This document shows, in pieces, positions 1 through 8,259 of a stretch of DNA of 13,401 nucleotides. The DNA comes from an uncultured archaeon (GTDB lineage Archaea; Asgardarchaeota; Lokiarchaeia; Sigyniarchaeales; SOKP01): contig CAYLZE010000130.1 of the NCBI GenBank assembly GCA_964388035.1, positions 1 to 13,401 on the forward strand. The letters run 5' to 3'. Every line of letters starts with the position of its first letter. Within the stretch, counting starts at the first letter, position 1. A program made the position numbers and the translations under genes. The notes under the pieces are model-generated. The model did no database searches and was not told the DNA's origin. It saw nothing but the letters and a program-made list of their open reading frames with translations.

Positions 1-1152
1 AGGAAAAAAATAGAAGAAACTATTCCTATTATCATAAAAGACTCCAGTGATATGCTGAAAAATGATAAAAATCTTTTAAGAGGATATTTAAGAGCTAATA
101 CGGAGGATCTATTTCAAAGAATCTATTTCAATGAATATAATAATTTATTTGAAATCATAAAAGATTACAAAACTTTTAATCCATTTTCCCTTGTGGTTAA
201 ATTTGATGATAAAGAGTACTCACCCGAACCATATTTAATCACATAGTTCTTTCGTAATACTACCATATCTTTAGATTTTTCTAAAATTTCCCTTAAAGAT
301 AAATTTGAATTATTAATCCAAACCAAGCGAACTATCAGAATAATTAAGAAAAGGGAGCGAATTTCCCGAGAACATGTGGTCATAAAAAGATCAGGGTGGT
401 TAATAGTGGTTCTTTTATTAATTCTGCCCTGGATTTCTTATATTTTTTTTTCTATCACGTTCTTAAAAATCATTAGTTTTTTAATTAGCTTGGTATTAAT
501 CTTATATTTAATATTTAATCATGTTATTTTCAAGTATAAATATCTTACAACCATGCAAGAGCTTCCCCAGCAATCCTATCAAGAGCTTCCCTTACTTAAT
601 TATTATTCCAATAAATTCCGGAACATTTATTCGATTCCCTCAGATTTAAGAAAGAAATGTTCCTATGATTGGTTAATTAATGCCCCTTCATTTCACAATG
701 TAAGAATGTGTAATGAATTAAAAGTAATTTTTAAAAATTTAGAACGTCCTATTGTGTTGAGACTTCCTCATAAATTGTCGAAAAATATCCTTTCATTTTA
801 TGTTCCCAAAAATAAACACATTAAAGAAGTTGATTTTCAACTTGATTTAGAATTACCATACATGACTAGAATCGTCGGTTGGTTATTGGGAATGAATATC
901 ATGCTCATGAACATGATGATATTATCGATTATATATTTAATATTTAGTTTCAGTTCAGCAATCCCGCTTGATTTCGATAACATTCGTGTTATCATTCCAT
1001 TTCTTACCCTATTAATTGGATTTTTTGGTAAAAATATTTTAGAAAATCCCACTCGAGATTTGCATAAGTGGGCGGGAGTATTAATATCCTTAACAGTTAT
1101 CACCGGATTACTATTACTTTTTTCTTCCATAATCGATCTACTTATTCCTTGA
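1..1152 (+). CDS. 5'-truncated multi-pass membrane protein of unknown function; one reading frame with an internal TAG at 244-246 (pseudogene, sequence error or amber readthrough)
   Basis: Frame +1 is open from base 1 (RKKIEETIPII...) to TAG 244-246, then open again from 247 (FFRNTTISLDFSK...) through the GTG at 376 to TGA 1150-1152. The two listed ORFs 52..246 and 376..1152 share this frame. The distal part has about 2 + 3 hydrophobic segments around a soluble loop. Confidence 0.65.
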
Positions 1153-1226
1153 ACTTTAAGTGTTTCGGGGCTAATTAACTTTCAATTTTAATAATTAGAC
1201 TAAAATGAAGAGATATACTCGAGGCA

Positions 1227-1273
1227 AACTTATAAAATGGAGGAGAATGAAATATTTTAGATAACTTATAAAA
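1227..1273 (+). promoter_or_regulatory. Two copies of AACTTATAAAA (TATA-box-like) upstream of the gelsolin-like gene
   Basis: Identical 11-mers at 1227-1237 and 1263-1273, each followed by a purine-rich stretch. They match the archaeal TATA consensus, but the background is AT-rich. Confidence 0.3.
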
Positions 1274-1351
1274 GGAAAGACAATTTAAAGTGAAATTTAT
1301 ATTACCAAAAATAAATTACTTAATTTATAGAAAAAAAATCGGATTTTAGAA

Positions 1352-2212
1352 ATGCAAATATTTGAAGTCCTTGAAGTTCAAGATAAATACCCATACATGG
1401 AAGCTCGAGAAATTTTCGAAGGTTTTATTGTCAAGGACATTATTAACTCGGATTCAAGTAAAAAAAAAGTCTTCCTTATAGTAGATCATGTTGAAAAAAA
1501 GATTTGGGCATATTTTGGTGAAGAAAGTTCCATCAAACTGCAAGTATTTGGTGTTCTTTTGTCTAATCGAATAAGAGAACAATTAAAATTATTCTATAGA
1601 GTAGACTTTTTAAATAATTTTTCTCCCAATGATCCCGCTCTACATGAAATATTAAAAAATAAAATTGGTCAGGGAAAAGCAAATGAGATAACAATCGAGA
1701 ACATGGGAAACCTTGAACAATTAAAGATTAGCCCTCCCTATATTACACTTCTTAAGAACTCAAATCCAACCAAAGTAATTGAAAACGTGTATGAATTTCC
1801 TCAACCGGATAAATTTATAAGAAAGTTTTTAATTATTGGTGGTGCCATTTATTCTGAAGAGGAAATTATTAATAAATTTGTAGAAGAGGAAGAAATTATT
1901 AAAAAGCCCGTGAAATTAGGAAGATTAAATAATGGTTTTACCTTTTTTGACGATCAAGACTACTCCACTAGAATTTTAATCAAAGATAGAAAAATTGAAG
2001 CTGTGGAGTTATTAATACCCGAAAAAGAAAGGTCTCAACCCTTAGAATTAAATATCCCCATAACTAAAAATCCAAAATTTACTAATGAAGGAAATCTGGA
2101 ATCTTTAATTGATGCTTTTCAAGTGCCACCCGCAGAATTTACAGTAGAAGAAATAAAACAAGTCGAGCTATTTGAAAAGATAAAATCTATAGAAAAAGAA
2201 AAAAAAGAATGA
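1352..2212 (+). CDS. Asgard-type gelsolin-like domain protein with a C-terminal 'X'-like domain (1DGelX-like), putative actin regulator
   Basis: The N-terminal KKVFLIVDHVEKKIWAYFGEESS...LSNRIREQ resembles the gelsolin core (vfilD...iyvWxGxxSs plus a long helix). The C-terminal FIRKFLIIGGAIY...GFTFFDDQDYSTRILIKDRKIEAVELL resembles, from memory, the domain that follows gelsolin in Asgard proteins. Confidence 0.6.
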   Translation: MQIFEVLEVQDKYPYMEAREIFEGFIVKDIINSDSSKKKVFLIVDHVEKKIWAYFGEESSIKLQVFGVLLSNRIREQLKLFYRVDFLNNFSPNDPALHEILKNKIGQGKANEITIENMGNLEQLKISPPYITLLKNSNPTKVIENVYEFPQPDKFIRKFLIIGGAIYSEEEIINKFVEEEEIIKKPVKLGRLNNGFTFFDDQDYSTRILIKDRKIEAVELLIPEKERSQPLELNIPITKNPKFTNEGNLESLIDAFQVPPAEFTVEEIKQVELFEKIKSIEKEKKE

Positions 2213-3558
2213 TTTTATTAATCAATCCAAAAACTTGTAAGGACTCGAAAAGAAAGGAACCGTGTATTCGAGAACCAAATTTAGGACTTTTATATTTAAC
2301 TGCTATTCTAGATGCAAATGAGATTTCTGTCGATATTTTGGATTTGGAGCAATATCATGATATTTCTCCTTTTGAATTAGAAGATCTCATTAGAAGTAAA
2401 ATACCTCATTACCAAATATTCGGTATAACATGCTTGACAAACACGTTCCATATCGCTATAAAAATCGCTAACATTATCAAGGAAGCAGATCCACATAAGA
2501 TAATGGTTCTTGGAGGTCCTCATGTCTCTTTTCAATTTAAAGTAGTGCTAAAAGAATATGGAATCAAAAAAAGAATTATAGATTATATATGTGTAGGTGA
2601 GTCTGAGAGAAGCTTTTTAAGATTGGTTCAGTTATTTTTTTCCATGCAAAATCATGAAATAAATCTTAAAGAATTCGAGGAAAAACTCACTCTCATCAAG
2701 GGAATTGCATTCGTTAATGCAAATGAAGAAATCAGATTCACGGGATTTGACGAAGAATTGATAAATCTAGAAGCTTTGCCCTTACCTGCGAGATATAAAT
2801 TAACGCATGAAAGTTATTATTATTCTGTAGCTAATATTATTGTAAATCGAGGATGTCCCAATCAATGTTCTTTTTGCGTCAGGCAGCAACTATTCAAAAA
2901 TACTGTGAGGTTAAGAAGTATTGAATCCATAGAGACAGAGATACGAGATATATTATCCATGCAGACCTATTCTTATATTAATTTTTATGATAATCTGAAT
3001 ATCAGTGAAAAGTATCTCATAAATTTCTGTAACATGGTTATTAAAAATCAATTTGAAATACCATGGGGATGCGAATTAAGAGTTGATAAATTAACGAGAG
3101 AACAAGGGGTGCTTTTAAAGACAGCCGGATGCAAATTAGTTGCCACGGGAATAGAGTCAGCGAGCGATAAGGTGCTTAAAATGAATTTTAAATATCAAGA
3201 TCCCCTGCAGGTCAAAAAAGGGATAACAATATTAAAAGAAAATACAATTCCCGTTCAAGCATATTTTGTATTTGGATTACCCGGAGAAACAATCAATACG
3301 GTGTGTAAAACAATTCGATTTATAAAGTCATTACCTTTCCAGAAAGAAGATAAAATTAATTATTTTGTGGCAACTCCATTTCCGGGATCGAAATTATGGG
3401 ATCAAGCTAAACAATTCGGAATCAACATTTTTGAAAGCGATTTTAAAAAATATGATTGTGAACATCTGATTTTTGAAACCAAGGATTTAAAAAAGGATCA
3501 ACTCTTAAAACTGACGAAGTGGTTAAAAAAAGTAGAAAGGATTTATTCAGAAGAATAA
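2209..3558 (+). CDS. Cobalamin (B12)-binding domain radical SAM protein
   Basis: N-terminal B12-binding signatures (PNLGLLYLTAIL, IFGITCLT, VLGGPHVS, DYICVGESE), the CxxxCxxC motif NRGCPNQCSFC, then GIESAS, FVFGLPGET and TPFPGSKLW. Its ATG overlaps the upstream stop (ATGA, 2209-2212). Confidence 0.93.
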   Translation: MILLINPKTCKDSKRKEPCIREPNLGLLYLTAILDANEISVDILDLEQYHDISPFELEDLIRSKIPHYQIFGITCLTNTFHIAIKIANIIKEADPHKIMVLGGPHVSFQFKVVLKEYGIKKRIIDYICVGESERSFLRLVQLFFSMQNHEINLKEFEEKLTLIKGIAFVNANEEIRFTGFDEELINLEALPLPARYKLTHESYYYSVANIIVNRGCPNQCSFCVRQQLFKNTVRLRSIESIETEIRDILSMQTYSYINFYDNLNISEKYLINFCNMVIKNQFEIPWGCELRVDKLTREQGVLLKTAGCKLVATGIESASDKVLKMNFKYQDPLQVKKGITILKENTIPVQAYFVFGLPGETINTVCKTIRFIKSLPFQKEDKINYFVATPFPGSKLWDQAKQFGINIFESDFKKYDCEHLIFETKDLKKDQLLKLTKWLKKVERIYSEE

Positions 3559-3762
3559 TTTTGGAGGCAATATTCTTCCTATTTTCCTTTACACCTATAT
3601 ATAATTTCTTTTCAATTGGTCGAGTAATCCTTACCATAATATTAAAAAATCGAGTAAAATTATTAACCAATATCGTTATAATTAACATGTAGTAACGATT
3701 TTAAATTATAAAAAATCGAAACAAATTAAAAATTTAAATAAACATTTAATAAAGTGTTGTAG

Positions 3763-5037
3763 ATGGATAATGAATATTATGTGGGTGAAGCCTTAATCGG
3801 AGAAGGTCAAAATTTAGCTCACATTGATTTAATAATAGGTTCAAAACAAGGTCCCATTGGTATTTCCTTTGCTAATAGCATCTCCACTCCCAGCATGGGA
3901 CATGGGGGATTGTTATCTTGCATTAGACCCAATCTTTTATCAAAACCCTATACCCTCATCGTACCCAAAGTGACCATAGAAAAGATGGAAGATGCTAATA
4001 AAATCTTTGGGCCCGCACAAGCAGCCGTGTCGAAAGGAGTTGCAGATGCTGTCGAAGAGGGAATAATTCCCATGGAAAAACTCGATGAATGGGTCATCAT
4101 TGCCAGTGTTTTCATCCATCCTGAAGCTTCTGATTATAGACGAATTTATCAATATAATTATGGTGCCACTAAATTAGCCATTAAAAGAGCCTTGATGGGA
4201 TATCCTCCTATTGAGAAAATATTTTATGATAAGGACCGGGCAAGACATCCCGTGGCAGGTATGAGAGTTCCTAGACTCTGGAGACCCCCGTATATTCAAG
4301 TTGCGCTAGATGATCCTTCCATCGAACATCAGAAAAAAGTGGTTAAAGGCTTACCGAAAAGTGATCGGATCATCTTGGAAATTGGTACTCCTTTTCTTAA
4401 AAAATACGGAATGGAAGCAATTAGTGAAATACGAGAATTAGCGGAAGATAAATTTATTGTTGCTGATTTAAAGACCTTAGATGTGGGGAAACTTGAAGTA
4501 GATTTCGCTTTCGATGCAACTAGCGACGCAGTGGTTGCTAGTGGATTAGCGTCGCCTAGTTCTCTTGACAAATTCATTCTCGAAGCTCAAAGATTAGGGA
4601 TTTATGCTTTTGTGGATACCATGGAATTAACTAATCCCATTGAAAAATTGAAACAATTAAAACAAACTCCCGATGTCGTTATTCTTCATAGAGCCATAGA
4701 TGCGGAAAACGCAGCGACAGGAACTGATGATGCTCAGAAATTGCATTGGAAAAATATCGCCAAGATAAAGGAAATCTATAAAGACCAAAAACTTGTTTCG
4801 GGACGAGATCGCGTGTTAGTAGCAGTGGCAGGAGGCATAGATCACCGATCTGCTCGCTATGCTTTGGAAATGAATGCCGATATTCTTATTGTAGGAAGAT
4901 TTATAACCTCCTCTAAAGACATAAAAAATGCAATGCGTCTTCTTTTAAATAGCTTACCAGGCTATAGCGATATCGATCTCAAACGGGTCCATAGTGAAGA
5001 TGACGATAGCTCTGTAAAAAAACCCGATTGGGATTAA
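3763..5037 (+). CDS. fae-hps: Bifunctional formaldehyde-activating enzyme / 3-hexulose-6-phosphate synthase
   Basis: Fae domain: VGEALIGEG..AHIDLIIGSK, KPYTLIVPKVT, FGPAQAAVSKGVADAV, VFIHP, YNYGATKLAI. HPS domain: YIQVALD, LEIGTPFLK, VADLKTLDVG, LHRAID, VAVAGGI, ADILIVGRFIT. Confidence 0.95.
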   Translation: MDNEYYVGEALIGEGQNLAHIDLIIGSKQGPIGISFANSISTPSMGHGGLLSCIRPNLLSKPYTLIVPKVTIEKMEDANKIFGPAQAAVSKGVADAVEEGIIPMEKLDEWVIIASVFIHPEASDYRRIYQYNYGATKLAIKRALMGYPPIEKIFYDKDRARHPVAGMRVPRLWRPPYIQVALDDPSIEHQKKVVKGLPKSDRIILEIGTPFLKKYGMEAISEIRELAEDKFIVADLKTLDVGKLEVDFAFDATSDAVVASGLASPSSLDKFILEAQRLGIYAFVDTMELTNPIEKLKQLKQTPDVVILHRAIDAENAATGTDDAQKLHWKNIAKIKEIYKDQKLVSGRDRVLVAVAGGIDHRSARYALEMNADILIVGRFITSSKDIKNAMRLLLNSLPGYSDIDLKRVHSEDDDSSVKKPDWD

Positions 5038-5284
5038 TTCCTATGACGGATTAATTTTAACTTTATTATTTTTCAAAAACTTAAACTATTTAGGGTTTTT
5101 AAAATATTTCCTTCTAAGCTTAAATCAAAATAAGAAGAATGATCTTCAAGTTATTTGATTAAATCAGAATTATTTTGAACCTTCTTCATTTAAATAATAA
5201 AATAAAAGAAAATTTAGAATTTAAATCAAAATATTTAGCAGGATTTTACCTATTTTTGCTTACCTCTTATTTAATTGCGACTCT

Positions 5285-7786
5285 TTAGCGGATGGGTCGA
5301 GAATTTGCGGTGAAAATTGGACCAATAAATTGAGAATACAATTTTGCATAAGAATCTTGTGTAGATACCATGCTAATAAGTTGCGATTCATCCGCCGTAG
5401 CCGGTGCAATGATAACTTCTTCCGCATCTCTTGTTACTGCATAATATTCTCCAGGGGTGGATAATTGTCTGAATTGAATGTTTCCTAATAATTTCATTTT
5501 ATTGAGGATGGGACTATATACTTCTAAGTCGAAGTTGCTGGTGATCATGAATCTTGCCGCTTTCTTCTGATAAGCCATTTCAGAAACAAATTTCAAAACT
5601 TCGGGTAAAACTTCGGGGATAACAATGATTATGGAGGATTTCACGCGATAAATCATGTCCCTAATGCAAGAAATCAAAGCTGCTCTTCCGACAGTATGCC
5701 AAGTTGTTATTTTTGCTGTTTCTTTGATATTCGAAGAGGCGACATGAATTTCTTTTAATTGATCTTCATTCGTTTCAGCAATATCGGTGGCATCCTTGAT
5801 AGCTTTTATAATATTCGTATTAAAATCTGAAATTATATCTTTTTCTGATTGAATGTTGTTCATAATAGTCGTTGTTAAACTATTCTCGAGCGTGGTTGCA
5901 TTTTCTTGATAAGATTTTTTATGGCGAGTCAAGACTTGCTCAATGCTAGAATCCATTTTAGAGGAAGTTTCATTCCAACCCGTAATTTGTTTAGAAGTGG
6001 TATCAGAAACAAAAGTTTTAGAATTATCAAAATCCATGCGAACTTTATTTAATCGATCTTCGCCCACTTTTTTTCTCTTGGAGACAAAATTATCGATCTC
6101 TCTGATGATGTCTTCAACGATCGTGGATGCATCCTTTTTTCCAGATGTAAATTTAACATCAACATCTTTTATCCAGTCTTCATTTTTAGTCTTAATATCT
6201 TTATCAAAATTACTATAGTGTCTTAACGTTGTCTCTTCATGTCTTTTTATTTCGTCTCCATATTGCATATTATGCTGGGAAACACTACTTTCTAAGGAAT
6301 CTTTTAATTTAATTGTCGTTTCGGAGCAGTCTTTCACGCCCTTTTGTAACGTTGTATCAATTTCTGAGGTCATATCAGTAGCTAAAATCTCTAATTGGGC
6401 TTCAAGTGACTTTTGTGCTTCATTATTTAAACTTTCTGTTTCACTCGAGATGGTTTCAAACTCGTTCGATATCACGGAAGTAATTTCATTTTTCAACTCA
6501 CTAGAAGTGGCTCTAGTATTATCTATATATCCATTACATTCACTTGAAAACGATTCTCTCATTGGCTCCGTGTAAGTAAGGACATCACGAATAACAGCCT
6601 CGTTTCTTGCCTTGTATTTTGCTTTTTTCCCTGCCCAGAAAAATCCCTTTTTTGCTATGTCTTCAGAAAAATCAGTAAAACGATTAGCATGTTCTAACAA
6701 ATTATCAATTAATCTCACGGTAGTGTTCTTGAAATTGGTAGTTTGTTCCGCTAAAGTTTCATGTCGTTTTTCAATTTTAGATTTCAAGTCCGATTGTAGA
6801 TTGTCTGTGGATTTTTGCATTTGACTCTCATGCGTTTTTAATAACTTGGAGATTTGATTTTTTAAATCGTTTACTATTTTTTCCATGCGTTCCAAGTATT
6901 TATCAAGAATTTGCTCCATTTGTGGTTTTAATTCATTAGCAATGCTAGCATGGCGATCCACGTGCTCATCGAGATTTTTCTTTAATTCCATTTTTAATGT
7001 TTCTGCACGCTCATCAAAATCTTTCAACATATCAGCAACAATGGAACTAATTCCTTGTTTAGCAGTCTCGATTTCATTTTGATTCATCTCAACAAAAGCT
7101 TTAGAAATTGCTTTTAAATCGGCATTTAGAGTATCCTTAATATTATGGACTTTCTTTTCAAAAGTTTTGATAGAATTTTTATGAGAATCGGAAATTGAGA
7201 GCAATTCTGAATCCAAACTCTGAAAATCTCCTTTTAATTCAGAATAATCTTTTTCTATATTTTCATGTAATTGACTTTCTAAAGTTTTATTCGCAGAAGT
7301 AAAAGAATTTTTTTTCTCTTCAATGGTAGTTTTTACTTCTTTATACTGATTGTCAGTACTTTGAGAAAACTCTTTAACTTGGGAAGCTACAGCTTTATTA
7401 ATCTCGCCTATTTTTCCTGCTTGTACATCATCTAACTTTTTAAATTGATTCGATTGTTCGACTAATATGTTATTTTTAATTGAAGAGATTTCTTTTTTAA
7501 ATACTTCCGATTCCTTAATGAATAAACTTAAATAGGGTTCTAGAGGGATATATCTATCTAATCCTGCAATAGCACCCTCAATTTTCTTTACAAAACCCTT
7601 CTCTTCTAAAGATGCAGTTATTTTGGTTACCTCATCATATTCGATGCCATCTTCTTCGGAAAACATTAAATAAACTTGGCTTGGCGTTGCTCTGGGAGCT
7701 CGCAAATATCCTAAGTATACTTTTATCTGATTTTCATTCAAGCCATATCGGCTAAATAATTCCTTTGGAAATTCCTTGAGACTCAT
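5285..7786 (-). CDS. TrmB-family winged-HTH protein with a ~600-aa coiled-coil insertion and a TrmB-like C-terminal domain
   Basis: aa ~10-84 match the TrmB HTH (YGLNENQIKVYLGYL...ATPSQV...SLEEKGFVKKIEG...RYIPLEP). aa ~85-690 are K/E/Q/S/D-rich and helical with only two prolines (P288, P408). aa ~695-833 match the TrmB C-terminal/PLD-like fold (TWHTVGRAALISCIRDMIYRVKSSIIIVIPE...VTRDAEEVIIAP). Confidence 0.8.
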   Translation of the reverse strand: MSLKEFPKELFSRYGLNENQIKVYLGYLRAPRATPSQVYLMFSEEDGIEYDEVTKITASLEEKGFVKKIEGAIAGLDRYIPLEPYLSLFIKESEVFKKEISSIKNNILVEQSNQFKKLDDVQAGKIGEINKAVASQVKEFSQSTDNQYKEVKTTIEEKKNSFTSANKTLESQLHENIEKDYSELKGDFQSLDSELLSISDSHKNSIKTFEKKVHNIKDTLNADLKAISKAFVEMNQNEIETAKQGISSIVADMLKDFDERAETLKMELKKNLDEHVDRHASIANELKPQMEQILDKYLERMEKIVNDLKNQISKLLKTHESQMQKSTDNLQSDLKSKIEKRHETLAEQTTNFKNTTVRLIDNLLEHANRFTDFSEDIAKKGFFWAGKKAKYKARNEAVIRDVLTYTEPMRESFSSECNGYIDNTRATSSELKNEITSVISNEFETISSETESLNNEAQKSLEAQLEILATDMTSEIDTTLQKGVKDCSETTIKLKDSLESSVSQHNMQYGDEIKRHEETTLRHYSNFDKDIKTKNEDWIKDVDVKFTSGKKDASTIVEDIIREIDNFVSKRKKVGEDRLNKVRMDFDNSKTFVSDTTSKQITGWNETSSKMDSSIEQVLTRHKKSYQENATTLENSLTTTIMNNIQSEKDIISDFNTNIIKAIKDATDIAETNEDQLKEIHVASSNIKETAKITTWHTVGRAALISCIRDMIYRVKSSIIIVIPEVLPEVLKFVSEMAYQKKAARFMITSNFDLEVYSPILNKMKLLGNIQFRQLSTPGEYYAVTRDAEEVIIAPATADESQLISMVSTQDSYAKLYSQFIGPIFTANSRPIR

Positions 7787-7899
7787 GGTTTATTCAGATT
7801 TCATTTTTGATATTTTTGTAATACACAATTTTAAATAAACAGCATGTTAAATTGTGAGAATTTGTTATAATAATAATAAAGATTATGAATAAAAATTTA

Positions 7900-7976
7900 A
7901 CTTTCATAAAATTTCATGAAATTTAAATAATTTTTTAATAAAACCTAGGGTAGTTAAAATCAAATTTTATGAAAGT
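7900..7976. repeat. 15-bp perfect inverted repeat with an overlapping 16-bp palindrome; candidate operator
   Basis: ACTTTCATAAAATTT (7900-7914) is the reverse complement of AAATTTTATGAAAGT (7962-7976). AAATTTCATGAAATTT (7909-7924) is a perfect palindrome. The region is 114-190 bp upstream of the TrmB-like start. Confidence 0.6.
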
Positions 7977-8175
7977 AATTACTCAATTTTTCACAAAAAA
8001 AACTCTCGTCATATATTTTTTGGTTCAAATTAATTTTTGAATGATAAAATATTTTTTTCTCGGGTTGATGTTAGAACCAAAATGTAAATACCATGTTTTC
8101 TCTCATTACTTTTCTAAACCATTAATCTTGAGGCCTAACTTTCATGTATAAGTTAGCAATTCTACTGAATTATAG

Positions 8176-8197
8176 ATGTTTGTTAAATGTTTGTTAA
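8176..8197. repeat. Tandem 11-bp duplication ATGTTTGTTAA x2
   Basis: Exact copies at 8176-8186 and 8187-8197. Confidence 0.6.
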
Positions 8198-8259
8198 CGA
8201 ATTATAAAAATGAAGGAATTAAAGATGGCTTGATGAAAATTTAAGAAAGAAATAAATTC

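Noticed and set aside
556-591. 12-bp direct repeat CAAGAGCTTCCC (QELP...QELP) inside the first gene
   Set aside because: Only two copies; a small local duplication with no array or mobile-element context.
165-1130. Minus-strand ORFs 165..383 and 837..1130
   Set aside because: Antisense shadows of the long plus-strand frame, with no recognisable motifs.
1150-2212. Selenocysteine readthrough at the TGA stops (1150-1152 and 2210-2212)
   Set aside because: The first is followed by an in-frame TAA after 12 codons, the second overlaps the next gene's start, and neither has a selenoprotein-like context.
3443-4577. Minus-strand ORFs 3443..3688, 3940..4152 and 4329..4577
   Set aside because: They overlap the well-supported radical SAM and fae-hps genes on the opposite strand and show no protein signatures.
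5285-7786. Calling the 833-aa protein SMC/Rad50, a chemoreceptor or a kinesin
   Set aside because: No Walker A/B, ABC signature, CxxC hook, MCP signalling motif or motor domain; any similarity would come from generic coiled coil.
7787-8259. CRISPR array, tRNA or MITE in the long spacer
   Set aside because: No regularly spaced repeats, no GC-rich cloverleaf, and no clear target-site duplication around the inverted repeat.
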